Shown here piece after piece: positions 1 to 13,101 of a DNA stretch of 64,000 bases. Origin of the DNA: Ascidiella aspersa (taxonomy: Eukaryota); the NCBI GenBank assembly GCA_963924565.1, contig OZ004610.1, positions 6,634,001 to 6,698,000 on the forward strand. The letters are read 5' to 3'. How positions within the stretch are numbered: the stretch's first letter is position 1; every line of letters begins with the position of its first letter. The notes beneath the pieces were generated by a model. It had not been told where the DNA came from and ran no database searches. It worked only from the letters and a program-made list of their open reading frames with translations. A program made the translations under genes and the position numbers.

Positions 1-48
1 ATAAACTGAATCAAGCAACAAACTTAATTCGGACAAACTTTTCAACAG

Positions 49-3000
49 GATCGGACAATTCCCAACGGTCGGAACCGTCGGGCCAACTTGGCCTGGTGAA
101 GGCCTCTTGGGACACGGTTTTGGCCTTCATGGAAGACGAGCGGGAACCTCTGGAAAACGTGAGTATGGCCTTAACCAAACGCCTGTGTTGGATCCAAATA
201 TATAGGATATTTTTTTGTTTGGCCTGCCTGATGCCTGATTTAGGAACGAGAGGCGTATTTTCAAATGTATTGCAAAATAACGAATGCAAACGAACTAATA
301 AAAATGCGTTTAATGATGGAAGCGGAAAGTATAACCACAACGATAGAAAAATGGTGCGAATGTCGAACGTAACTTATAATAAGGTGTGAACAGAAAACGT
401 GATGAGATAACAAACAAAGCGTGGAAGATCCGGTGCAAAATTCAAAAGAAGCGACGAAAAGTAGCGTTAGTGAAAAGGCAAGATTGAAAAATTGGTATAG
501 GGAAAAACAACACACCATTTTTACTTAAAACAAAAAAAAAACGTCAAAATAATTTTTGTTACAACTTTAATCCAATCAATGTTAACTTATAGTTGTGGTG
601 TTTTGTAGAATACTTGATTCAGCCAGTGAAGATCCGGTAAGAGCCCCATAGACTGCGAATGTTGTAGACCCTAATTAAAATAAATAGAAAATCAAGGATG
701 AAGCTAGCCATTACTTGAATTAAAACAAATCTGGCAATTGACTATTGCGATTGTAAGTCAAATCCTATATGTAAATTTGGACCATGTAATATCTCTTTTA
801 TGTTTTAATAGATTAATTTAAATTTCTCTCTACAAGCACCAACTCTCTGATGCAAGATTCCAATCAGTAATATGCCACCAACAAGCCACGAGAAAGACCG
901 ATTGTGTTAAAACCATCATGCTTTCATATTATAGCGTTTTGTTAAGGACGTTTATGCACAGCTTTATAAATTCGTCCACTTACCCAATACAGGGGCAATC
1001 CACGCATCTCTTCGAGTCAACCATCAGTCAGAGGCGAAAACAATTTCGTTCCAAGAAGCGAAACTGGATGAGGGACAGCGATTCTCTCATCCGACGCAAG
1101 CGCGACGACTTCAAAACGTCCAGTCTGAACGGACTGACCTCGAATGGACACGAGACGGCTTCGCGCGTCAACACGACCACGTCGTCGTCCAGCGGCGTTT
1201 CGTCTATCGATTCGCGACACCTGGGCGCGCCAGAGAGCGATTTTATTTCTACAAAGGAGTCGATTGCGAAGCTGACGGTAATGGAGAAAGTGAGTGGAAG
1301 TAATCTGGTCATCTTGTAATGTTAGTCGGTAATCGGAATGTTACAGTAAATGGTAATCGTAATGTTAGATGGTAAGTAAAACTCATAGTTAAAATCATGA
1401 GTAAAAATAGGATCCGACGTTTTGTTTAGAAGGAAAATATATTTCGCCAAGTGGCAACGTCAGTTCCTTTCGAATTAAGCAAACTGACGATGTCATTCGA
1501 ATTAAGGAACTGACGATGCCACTTGGCGAAATATATTTTCCTTCTAAACAAAACATCTGATCCTGTTTTTACTCATGTTTTCAACTATATGAGTTTTACT
1601 TGTTAATATACGCGTCAGCGGAGCAGTGATCGACTGGCTAAAACCTGTCGCCGATAGTTTTGCAATCTATAAAGATACACCCTAATGTTAGATGGTAAGT
1701 TTATGTGGGCCACCCTTGATGTTTAACGTGAAACGCAAAACCTTGAAGTTTAACGATAGACGAACTAAGTGGACTGCCACCTTGAGTGACTTAAACAAGA
1801 CTACGCAAACAGGCTTACTCTTGGCCTTTTGTTTAGATCCATAAAACCTTCGCTTCAGTGGTGTAAACAGTGCACTTCAGTGTATTATTTAATGACCTGA
1901 CATGATTTTAGTCATTTAGACAAATGAATGACTGTTTTTCAAATGAATAATATTTGACATGGTTTCATTTTTGGCTAATTATTGACACGCAAAACAGTTT
2001 TCCTAATTTATGTTTTGTTTTAATTTGTAACAAAATTATCGTAATGGAAGAAGTTCATATATGGGACTTATTTTCTTGTATACCAATGACTGCGATTTGA
2101 CTTGCTATTTGTTTATAAAGGGGTACTAAAATAGAAAATGACTTAACTTAGACTTACATCACTTTTAGGTTGCTGTTAGACACAATGTATCCTGATTGTA
2201 GCTCAACCTGTTGTTCCTAGCCTTTACTGTAGTAAAACAATTCATGGTTTTCACTACATTACATAAATTGTGCCCGCCAAAAACTCGCACCAATAATTTT
2301 TTTGCCGAATTTCTACTTCAATATTTTGCAGCATATACTACAAAAAGCCCTTTTTTCATTAATATAATTCACTAGGCCGGCGATATTTCACGCCACATAA
2401 CGTTACTAACGTGGTTTTGGGCAAGCGTGGAATGCCGAAAATCTTTCGCGGGAAGGTACTAGAATACAATCGGGTTTCACGGTTACGTCACATCAGTGCG
2501 CTAACAGTTACGTGATTCACATTTGTCTGACCACACCTCTGATGAAAACAGTGACGAATTGTGTTAAATTAAGGTTGTCGAGTGTAGCAACGTTCTTTAT
2601 ATAAAACAAAAGTAAATCTTCTGTTACATCCATGGGTTTTTTATGCTTTGTAACCGTTGGGCAGTGACCTGTTCAGTTATACTCACAATTTTTTTTTCAA
2701 GGCTTTTTAAGAACAACCAACCAGTTTATGATTTATTCATACACCTTTCTTATTAAAGAAAATAAATACAAAAAGTCTATTTGAAAGTGATAACAAGGCT
2801 TTTAAATTTCGGTTTACAATACAGTTGCATAGTTTTAAACATACAGCGTTTCACCTTCTGACTACTTCTGACCGGCTTAGACAAGCTTGGTTTAGGGTTT
2901 AAGGCAGACCTATAGTGGTCCTGATCTTCAACAGTTTCTTCAGATTCCCTTTAGTTAGTATCTAAAGATATTACACCCTATACAAAAATTAAATTTGAGG

Positions 3001-6000
3001 GCGGGAATATAAAAAATCATCAAAGTTAAAATCAAATGATATTGGGCGAATAGCACACAGAGTTTTTGTATGTCCTTTTTAACTGCAAGGTTTGTATTCC
3101 TACAGGGCAATTTACGACCCTACACGCCCGTGTTGATCAATATTCGAGATATCAAAGTTAAGAAAAGTTTATATGCCTTAGGTGCGCTTTCTGACGAGCA
3201 TTGGATTGGAGCACACTTCACTACAGGACGAAATCTACTGTCAGATCCTCAAGCAGCTTGTTTGCAACCCATCGGTGCGCAGTGGCGCCCTCGGCTGGAT
3301 ACTACTGTCCTTAGTTTGCGGCTGTTTCGCTCCTTCTGAAACGGTTAGTTTGTTATGTGGTTCATTTTTATTCTTGCAAGATTTTTACCAAAAAAATAAT
3401 TTTGCCATAGCTTCTTCCTCAATATCTATGAGCTAATCTTGTAGAACACTTTATACATCTTTCGTGGCATGGGGAATAAAATTATGAAAGCCAGAATATT
3501 CGATAAAATTCAATATTTTCCTGTAAAATTTAGGACTTAGGAAATAATTAGTCTCACCGTTTTATTTTTTGTCTAAAATAGTTAACTCGCCTTAGTTGAT
3601 CCAACTTTCATCCCCGTTCAATAACATAGCCCAGTGCTGCTTAAACTTTTCAGTTTTGTTCACCCCTAGCATCTATCTCCAGATTTCATTCATCCTTGTC
3701 TCATAATATGATAAAACTATCTCGTCTATATATAACAGCACAAAATGGCTTACACTCAGTGTCCCCAGTTTAAGAAAACGTCGTAGTGTATTAAGTTCCT
3801 GTCACTCGTAACCTCGAGTCACCCCCAGATCCGCCCTTACATCGAGAAGTTCCTAATCCACAACAACAACTCGTGGAGCAAGTTTTGTCTCCTGAAGCTC
3901 TCCAATTTCTCGGGGTGCGCTGATCGCATCATGCCTCCCTGTTCGCTTGAACTACAGGTATGTCCAATTCATATCTCGAGAATTAAAGAAGCTAAAGATA
4001 CGACACTATTCTCGAAAAACGCGCAACAATTTTATTAATAATAAAATCGAGAAAAAACGATGTTTTGGCATTGTTGGACTTACGACCGTTTTTGCTATTA
4101 GCGACGATTTGTTTTTTTGTGATTTATAGTTTTTATTCAGATTTACCGAAGACTTTTATCAAGACTTACAGCATACTTTAATAAAAAAATAAGGTCCAAG
4201 TTTATACAGTGTATTAATCGTAATCTTCACCGCGTTTACTGATTTTTGGACAAAGCGGTGTTTTTCCAGTAAGTTTGCCCAATTTAAATTCAGGCGGCAA
4301 AATCACGCCTTCCTATTCGTCTGCCAGTGATCTGCATGGACCACTCAGTGCGCACCATTTGGGCGCACTCGTGCACGACGGCCGGGGAAATGTGCCACGC
4401 GATGGCGTCAAAGAACAGATTGGGAGATTCGTTCGGATTTTCCCTTTTCCTTGCAATGGATGACAAGGTAAGAAGAGGATCTCTAAATACTAGGCCTAAT
4501 AAAAGCAAAGGCATCTAGATTCAAAAGTAATTGGTAAAACGTCATTTAGGAAATGTAAGATGAATAAACAAAACAAAACCTAGGTGACTATATGCTTTGA
4601 TCTCATTTAGAGGTATGTTTTTTTCCAATGCCGTTTAGCACGTTATACAGTCAGCGTCTGTGGTGTGTATATATCGCACTACTACATTATTACAATCGTA
4701 CAGCACACTGTAAATCGTGAAGTTGCCAAAAAGGTTAAAATATTTTACCTATTTATTTCCTATGCCATGCTTCTGATTCAACGGATGCCTTGCAATATTT
4801 TGACTTGCCCTGATGTTTAGCTTCCAAGTACTTTGCGAGACTGATTTGTAAAACTTTTCTTTAGCTTGTAACGCTTGGAAATGGACTGTTCTACGTGATG
4901 GACGCAATATCCCAAGCGGAGGAGTACAACCGGCAGAACGAAGTGCATGATGTTTGGAGAATTTACTATAGGTAACTATTTAACTGCCTATTTTAGGAGA
5001 GGCTTTCACATTTGCTCCTACCTGTATTTATGTACATTGTACAACCATGTTAGATCGAAAGCGAAAAGCAAAAGATAGTTAATTAAGTATAGTTTTTTTA
5101 AGGTAATTTTCATTGTGTGTTTGGTCGAAGATAGCACAGATGTTACTGTCACAGTCCAAACGGCAACTAATTATTTTTTTATCGTGGTCTATATGTTTCT
5201 TCCTTACTACAACACACACTGTAATGTCGATTTAGGATTTTACATTTAAGCTTTTTTACAGGAGGGAATTTTTCTCTCCATGGGACGCTTGTGGGATCCA
5301 GGAAAACCAGATGAAGGCCTGGTTAACCTATTCACAAATTTGTGGAGGCGTCCAGTCAGAAGAATATCAATGTCAAACTGTGAGCGTTGTAGGACTGTAC
5401 GAATATAGAATATTTACGTTTAGATAAAAACAACTAAAAGGCTAAAAGAAGGGAACGGAAATAAAACTTATTGTCAGAAAAACGTTTTGTAACTGGAAGC
5501 AACAGTAAATTCAGAGGTGAGCTTATGGACTAATATGTCTTGCGAAAAAGCCACAGCGTTAAGTTGAGTTAGGTCAATGACTTGACTTAAGTGGTTTCTA
5601 TTATTAAATGAATTAAAAATCACTTATTTTAATTTACTTGACTTGGCTCTAGTCGTTTGGAAAATAACTTGAGCTAACTTAGGTCTATTGGGCAAATGAC
5701 TTCACTTGAAAGCCAATGTGAAAAACTTTGATTCGATTGCAGGCATATAATTGTCTTTTAAGGGACATTAAACATATTTATTAAATTCCAGAGACAAATT
5801 TATGCCAAGGCTTTTTGGACAACTGAGTTTCGATCAAAACATTGAATGTATGGCCTACTAATATTGTGCCATTTTACCCGTTGTCTAATTTAAGGTCACT
5901 TTAAATCGGTCATGGCCCGTTTAGCACTCATCATTGAGATTTAAACGGGAAGCAATCCGCTATTTTAGTCACCACAAAACTTAAACTGCCCTTCGCATCC

Positions 6001-8684
6001 TTTCAAGTAACTTGTTCGTCAAATGTTCTTAAAGAAACGCATTTCTTTGTTTTTTGCACCCTAACGATCTTCCAATTCTCTTTCGGATTTCCAGGCCCAG
6101 GACCTTTCGCTGCTGATAGCTCACCAGTACTGCGTGAGACACGGCACCTACGCGGTCGACTCTAAGCGTGTACAGGCCGTTTGTGAGCAGAACCTGCCCA
6201 CCTTCGTTTTTAAGGAGGACCGCAAACGTTGGTGCCAGATGGTCACCACCACTCTCATCGCGCTTAAGGTAAACGTCGTCAGTGCTGTAATTTAACCTTT
6301 GCGATGCCGTCTGATGTGTAATACATTGAGAAATTTTGACAGAGTGTATTTTACTCCACGCCGAATTTGGCCTAAGCTAAGCCGTTTGAAGTAACGGATT
6401 GACTAAAAATTGGCTCTCGTAAAAAAATTTAAGGTCTTTTATTTATTTGCGGTTAAAATTCGGAATACTTTTTTCACATAGTTGCCACGCCAATACAATT
6501 ATAAGACCCGTTCGTAAGCAAACACAAATAAAAACTAAATGTTGTTGTTCAAAACTAAACATTGCTGATTCGGTATACTTGGCAAGCAAGCTGTGCTACA
6601 AATTTTTTTTTGCAAGATTTGATTAAATATAGGAATTAAAAATGCTTATCCGTAATGTGTTTTCAAGCGCCCTTTTTATGTCTAGGTCATTAGAGCGATT
6701 TGTAAAACCGGTAATTAAGTAAATGACACGGTAGCCCATGTTCATATTTGTCTCCTGTAATCCTGTGCATATTTTTGCATATAAAGCAACACGGAGAGCG
6801 ATTTTCTTTTAAAACAGCCATAACAGTGTGTTTTCGCCGCAGGACAAGGCGGACAGTTCCCAGCAAAAGGTCGACGTGTTCGATATCATGCAGCAGGTGA
6901 TCAGATTCGCCTCCAAGTCGTTCATTCGAAACTTCACCAAGACCTTTCTGTAAGTTCGCCAGCCTTGTAAACAAGTCATTTTAAAACGAATTAAGTACCA
7001 GTCAAGTCATTTGTAAAATAACTGTCCAAGTTTTTTGAAGAAATGGCACTTCAAATCCCAGTCCAAGTCATCAGTTGCCCAAATTAAGTCATATTTAAAG
7101 CAAGACAACTTCAAGTCGAATCCTTGTCATGAAACTAAACGTTAAACTATTAGAGTTGGTAAACTCGTACGATGAGCAATAACTGAACTAAAAATAAGAA
7201 AAGTGAAACCTATCGGAAACAAATTGGTTTATGTGCAAATATTAGTATAAATAGGTCAATTTTGTAAAAAAAAAAGCTTTATCAAAACATTACATTAACA
7301 CTCAAGTCATTTGTCAAAATGACTCAAGTCATGTCAAGCCATTGTCCGAAAGAGTCACGTCAAGCCAAGACTATGTAGAAAATGAATAAATAATTATTCG
7401 ATACGTTCAAAATGATAGGCCTACCTACTTCTGGATATTCTTATTACGTCTTACTACAACTTCCGTTATGCTGTCAGATAAGTTTGCCCAAAACACTTAA
7501 ATCAAGGCAAGTCATTTGAAAACAGTGCCTTGTTAATTGACTAAAAGTCGTTCAGCACTGAAGTTCGCCTCTATCAACTAACACAACCCCAGCCTATTTT
7601 ACGGTTTACCCTTACTTTCCTTCATTCGCTAAAGGGTGCGTCGCTATTTGGTTTATTTGCAAATTAAAACAATGTTATGTCAGAAAATTTATGTAGTTAA
7701 TTAGTCAAACTGCTTTTCTTACATCAGGTAACCTATGCAAAATTCGAAAAGCTTCGCAATCGTAAGAATCATGAAATATGCTCACTAGAATCTTATATCA
7801 TTTACTGGCACAACCTAAAACTCATTTAGTACAGTATTTTGTCTAGATGTGAGCTGTCATATTTCGTACACTCTAACTACTATTAATATGAAACAGAGAT
7901 ACGGCAAATAAGATACTATTAAATATATACTATAAGTCAAATAAACTATATAGAATTGGCTACATCCTTTGAGTTTACGCCTTTCGGTTGTCACTTATAC
8001 GTGTGAAATCTGCTACGCCACAAAGTTGATTATTATTTATTTAGGCCTTTATATATTTGTATTTAATATTTCGGACAAATTTTCAGAAACCATTTAATTA
8101 AAATCGACGATAGCTGTACTCTTATGTTCCAGATTTAATGAACTTTTACACTGGTGTTAATTTTGAGCGTTAAACACCAATTGGTAACACTGCATTGTCT
8201 AATTAAATTATGCGAATATTTTCTTCAGATTGTCGTCATTCGAACCACTCGATTCAAACGGCGGACAAATTAATGATCGAAAACTGTTGTTGCGCGTAAA
8301 CCACGAGCGATTTTCAGTGGTCCGTGAAGAAATCACTCGGCCGGAAAGCGATTCTAACAAGTTGTTCGAAGTCGATGTAACGAAACTGACCAAGTCCGAG
8401 TTGATTTCCAGGCAAGTTTACTCAGTATTATTTAACAGATTTACGATTGGTGTAAGGTTTTTAATTGTGCCAGTAAGCAATGTTAAATTCCCACTTTCTA
8501 GCGTTGTTTTTAATGCGGCTTTCCTAATTGTAGCTCAAATTCCGACACATCTAAAGTTAAGTTGGTCCTGGAAGGGGGAAACACCTATTACGCAACTTCG
8601 CCCCAGGCGAACGACATACGAAACGTCTTCGAGCGGTTTCTGGACGAAATTCGGAGTGCCCAGAGGAACGAATCCGAAGCCTGA
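49..8684 (+). CDS. Myosin-VII-like MyTH4-FERM protein, 3' part (5' end outside window). Exons: 49-158, 993-1289, 3182-3343, 3829-3957, 4294-4467, 4865-4971, 5262-5379, 6095-6268, 6843-6949, 8229-8411, 8534-8684 (TGA)
   Basis: The spliced exons stay in frame. MyTH4 motifs: ASWDTVLAFMED; LQDEIYCQILKQLVCNPS..GWILLSLVCGCFAPSE; PPCSLELQA. FERM motifs: FGFSLFLAMDDK; VMDAISQAEEY; WRIYYRREFFSPW; YYATSPQANDIRNVFERFLDEIR. These track the first MyTH4-FERM module of myosin VIIA as I recall it. All introns are GT-AG except 8412-8533 (GC-AG). Confidence 0.85.
1360..1700. mobile_element. Fold-back insertion with hammerhead motif (Penelope-like/retrozyme-like), flanked by an 18-bp direct repeat
   Basis: Inverted arms 1374-1468 and 1504-1601. 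Direct repeat TAATGTTAGATGGTAAGT at 1360-1377 and 1683-1700. Confidence 0.7.
1504..1543 (+). ncRNA. Minimal type-I hammerhead ribozyme motif
   Basis: AAGGAA-CTGACGA-T-GCC(ACTT)GGC-GAAA-TATA-TT-TTCCTT: 6-bp stem I, intact core, stem II, palindromic mini stem III. Confidence 0.7.
8412..8533 (+). other. GC-AG intron in the myosin-like gene
   Basis: AG|GCAAGT donor and TAG acceptor. This join restores the FERM F3-lobe frame. The nearby GT donor at 8452 leads to a stop within a few codons. Confidence 0.75.
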
Positions 8685-9103
8685 AAAACCAAGCAAAAAA
8701 TGTTTTTCTTGGTACACCTTCTGGGTGTTTCCTAGCTTTTTCACTGTCTAGCAAAACCTGCTTTAATCCACATAGCCTACGGGCCTGTTGGTGTTTTAAA
8801 CTGAAGATTAGATGGCTCAGAAGTGGTACTGGTCAACGGATTCTTATGAAGAGTTAAACATTAGTTTTATTCTACAGGACTGGATATTTACTTCAAAGAT
8901 TCAGTGACATGCTGTTACTCAAAGCCTTGTCGGGTGGACTATTAATGTGTTTGCATGGACCCTATACTGAATTACCCGACCAAATAATTAAAACGAAAGA
9001 CGAATATGCGTTGGTTAGCGAGTTTTTAAGACTAACAAAGTCCAATCCGAAAATAAACTAGTTCTAGATAACGGACACACATGTATGCTTGGTTCACGTA
9101 AAG

Positions 9104-9358
9104 CAGTGCTTCCCAACCCTTTTCAGTTCGCGACTCACTTTTATTGCAAGTTTTATTGTGCGACCCACAATGATGTATGACCTAAAGAACGAAAAAACAA
9201 GTGAATGAGAAAGAAACAATGTATACATATGCAATTTACTATTAATGCAAAATTGAGCTTGTATATTGGATATTATCAGATCAAAAAAAATTCGCGACCC
9301 ACTTGAAGTAGCTTCGCGACCCACCAATGGGTCGCGATCCACTGGTTGGGAAGCACTG
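9104..9358. mobile_element. hAT-type MITE
   Basis: TIR CAGTGCTTCCCAACC / GGTTGGGAAGCACTG; perfect 8-bp TSD ACGTAAAG. Confidence 0.9.
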
Positions 9359-12300
9359 ACGTAAAGCATTTTTATTGATTTTTTTATTCATGAGATGCCT
9401 TCAAATTCAGTTTCCTAAAACTGTTGCGAAGTTGATGATCGTTAACATTTTACAGGTGGGCTAATACCACAGATGCCTGCAGTCTGGATTGTGCTTGCAC
9501 TGCGCCTTTGATTTTAGGCTAATAATCGTCTTAAATTAGTTGCAGGTTGTAACTGTTTTCTGAGTAGGCCTATAGGCTATTATGCGACACGCCATATACA
9601 ATAAAATAAATTTGAAATATATTTTTTTAAGTATCGCTGAAATCAACTGTAAACAATTTCCTGTTTTAAGCGCACTGCCTAATTATTTACTTATTCTTTT
9701 TGCAAATATTTTATTTCGGTGTGATGCCAAACACAATATGGTGTGCATATAAATAAGGCGTTAGAAACATTTATTACGTCACGGCAGTTGTACAGCAAAT
9801 GCCTCACTCAGCTTTCTTTTTTGCGCAATTTAACCCTTTTTCGGTGTTCCCCTGTTGTATGGCCTTATCCGTTATCTTTAAACATGTTCTTTTTTGTTTA
9901 CTATTCTATTTTAAACTTATCATACAGCTTCATTATATTGTTTTATGCAAAATAATTATTCCTTTATACCTTCAAGCGTTTTATTTTATTTTTTTTCAAA
10001 TTTCCTTTCCATTGACTTTAACAAAACCGTTTTCTTTTTAACTAATTGGTGTTTATGTCCTGTATTATTGCCTTCGCTGACTGATTGATTATTTTGCAAT
10101 TCGCTGAATAGCCTTTTTGCTTTGTAAATTTGCGAGGAATTTTTATGATTTTCTGCTATGTTTTGAATGGTGCTTCGTCACCGATAAAAGGTGCGTCCTA
10201 ATGAAGATGAATTTTAAAAAGAAATACAACTGTCTTCAACGGATTTCACAAAAAGTATTGTGGGCTAGCGTGTTTATTTTCAATGCAATTTTCGACGTGT
10301 TGTAAAGTGTTGTAAACAAGTCATTTTGAAATAACTTGAGTCCAAAGTCTCAGGTTGCCAATTAATCCATGTCCTAGTCAATTAATCCATGCTAGTCAGG
10401 TTGCCAATTAATCCATGCCCCCCCCCCCCCCACCTTGCCATTTGAAGTCAAGTCTCAGTCAAGTTATTTATTAGAGGAACAACAAGTCATTTCATTGATT
10501 CAAAAATAAAACGTTAAAGTATTAAAATGGATAAACTCGTACGGTTTTGAGCAATACCTTGGCTGAAAAAATAACAAAATTCCAACATCCCCATTTTGAG
10601 ATGAACACTGAATTAATAAAAAAAATGTTATATGAAAACACTTAGGTCCAATTCAGTCAAAATACCGATTTAGGTGCACGTAAGTCAAGCCATTGACTTA
10701 AATTATCAGAAAACTGTCCGTTTCATATGTGTGACTCCCTTTTAACCAAAATTTTCCACCCTATATAAAAACATTGACTTTTGCTCAAAGATGGCGTTCA
10801 AAGGTATAACCTTATGGTGGATCATCGCAGAAAGTTTGGTTCCTCAGAAATTTGATATTTGATCTGAGTTTGCAAGCTTACTACGTCTACAGGCGCTTTG
10901 TTTTTTGGACTCCATTATAACACCGAAATTAAAACGACATTAAAAAAAAAAAAATTAAAACGACATTAGCGTCGTATTGAAAAACGGGTTGAAATATCAA
11001 AATAAGACTAAGACGTAATACCCCAAATTGTTTTAGTATACCTAAATAGCCAGAACAAGTCAAGGCTTGGACAGCCTTTTACATTACCCCACCCCTAACT
11101 TTACCACTAACTCCCATATTAATTTCAACCCTAATCCCAAACAGGGGCAAACAATCCGAAAACATCAGCGTCCCAGTCTGCTTTCTCCAATGTAGAAAGT
11201 ATGGCAATTGCACCCCTCGATTTTTTCAGCCTTCCAAAAGTGCACCCGAAAAAAAACTGAGGTGCCCAAAATATGTAAAACACTCGTGCACCCTTATTTA
11301 TTGCATCGGCATATGTTTACATGCAATGTATGCAATAGGCCTACCATGTGCATCAACAAATCATAAATTTCACTGGAAATTTGAAAGTGCAACTAAGGCT
11401 TTGTTGCACTCGGTCACCGGGATTTTTTTTGCCGTGCACCTGAGACATCTGCCAGACTGGTGCAATCATTGGCAGGTACCAGATTGGAAACTTTGGATTT
11501 TGCAGCTTCAAATTGCGCGGCTGAAATAACATTTCCGCCCAAATTTGCGCGTCTGTAATAACGTTATTTGCAAAATTTGCACAGCTGAAAATGGAGTGCT
11601 ACACTAAAAACCGTTAGCGCGACGAACGTTTTGCGCAGGCCTTTCCAACCTGGGGCAGGTACACATCATTTTTTCAAGACAATCATGTGTGCACACTTGA
11701 ATTAGTAACTGGCACGACTAAATTCAAGAAAGGTTTAGTTTTTCTAAATTCTGACACCTGTGATTTGCATAAAACAACCCGGACAACAAAGTAGTTCTTC
11801 AAATCGACATATTATGATTACTAATGGGAAGCATAAAAGGGCTAAAATTCAGTATGACTAATATTAAAAATGTTTACAGCTTATAGGTTTGCATTTTTTT
11901 GTATGCAATATTTCTGGTAAACTTTTAACTTTTGCTTTTCTTATGTTTAAAACTTTGTTAAAACCTACGATAACTTTTATTGCAATAGTCATAAATTGAA
12001 AATTTAGTTTTAAAACCAACTCAGCTACCAGGTTATTAGCATCCAAACTGTACAGCAATGGTTTCCCATTATTGTATAGAAGTCTTAGTGGCAAACTCTT
12101 ATTACTTAATAAGAAACATTAATAGTCCAAATACTATGTTTGATTGAGTTATATTCGCACAATGTCATTTTGTCTTTAATATTACCTGCGCCTATATCCT
12201 AAGAGAGCAAGACAACTCCCACGACCTTGAGCAGCTTGTTTAAGGACTTTAACGCCTAAAATTAGACTTAAATAAGTGAATATAAATACTTCAAATTTTT

Positions 12301-12793
12301 GCTCCTTCATAACCTGTTCCGGCATACATTGATGTATTAAAGCAGGGGTCTGGAACCTTTTTAGCTAAGGGAGCCCTATAAGCCTAATATTCTTGGGCAT
12401 GAGAGCCTTATATTACTATTTTAACTTCTAGTTATAGGTTGGTTGAAATAGTAAATTAAGAAGGGCCGTTTTATTTTTTTCACATTTGATGGACAGAACA
12501 TGCTATGCACCAAAAATGAATTATCTAAGCTTGCGCAAAATTGATTGCGGAGTTCCGTTGAAGGAATAGGGCCTTTTGGATATTGGAATATTCTTAAAAG
12601 GGAATAACAGTCTCAAAACAAATAGGTTTCGTCCAAAGCACTGAAGTTTGCTATTACGAGTGTTAAAAAAGGAAAAATAAAGTTAAAAATGCGGTTGTGG
12701 TGCATGTTGTTTTATTTGAGATCATGCTAAGAAATGATAGCATAGATTTTTCTGCAAAGAAGATTCTTTCATCACAAGAGCTACTGCTTCTGT

Positions 12794-12983
12794 GGCGCTG
12801 GTCTAGAATCCTACCATAACTTTGAAACCATTATTAAAGGAAGGAACAATATTTGGGTTAGGCTGTCGGTTAGTGTTTGGGTGAGGGTAGGTCAAGTATT
12901 ATTATTTTCTTTATTCAATAGTAACACTTGACCCATCCTAACCCAAATAATGCTTTGTTATTGTAGTATTTTAGACCAGCGCC
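12794..12983. mobile_element. MITE with GGCGC termini and 8-bp TSD (Merlin-like)
   Basis: GGCGCTGGTCTA...TAGACCAGCGCC; flanks GCTTCTGT/GATTCTGT. Same family at 24841-25052 and 61574-61882. Confidence 0.75.
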
Positions 12984-13101
12984 GATTCTGTTTCTATTTT
13001 ATTTAAAAAAGTTTAACACAAGTTATTTTTCTTTCTTATTAAAGTTAAATAGTAGATACCAGATTTTTCTTCATCTGTTGACTCATAAATGAGCATTTAC
13101 C

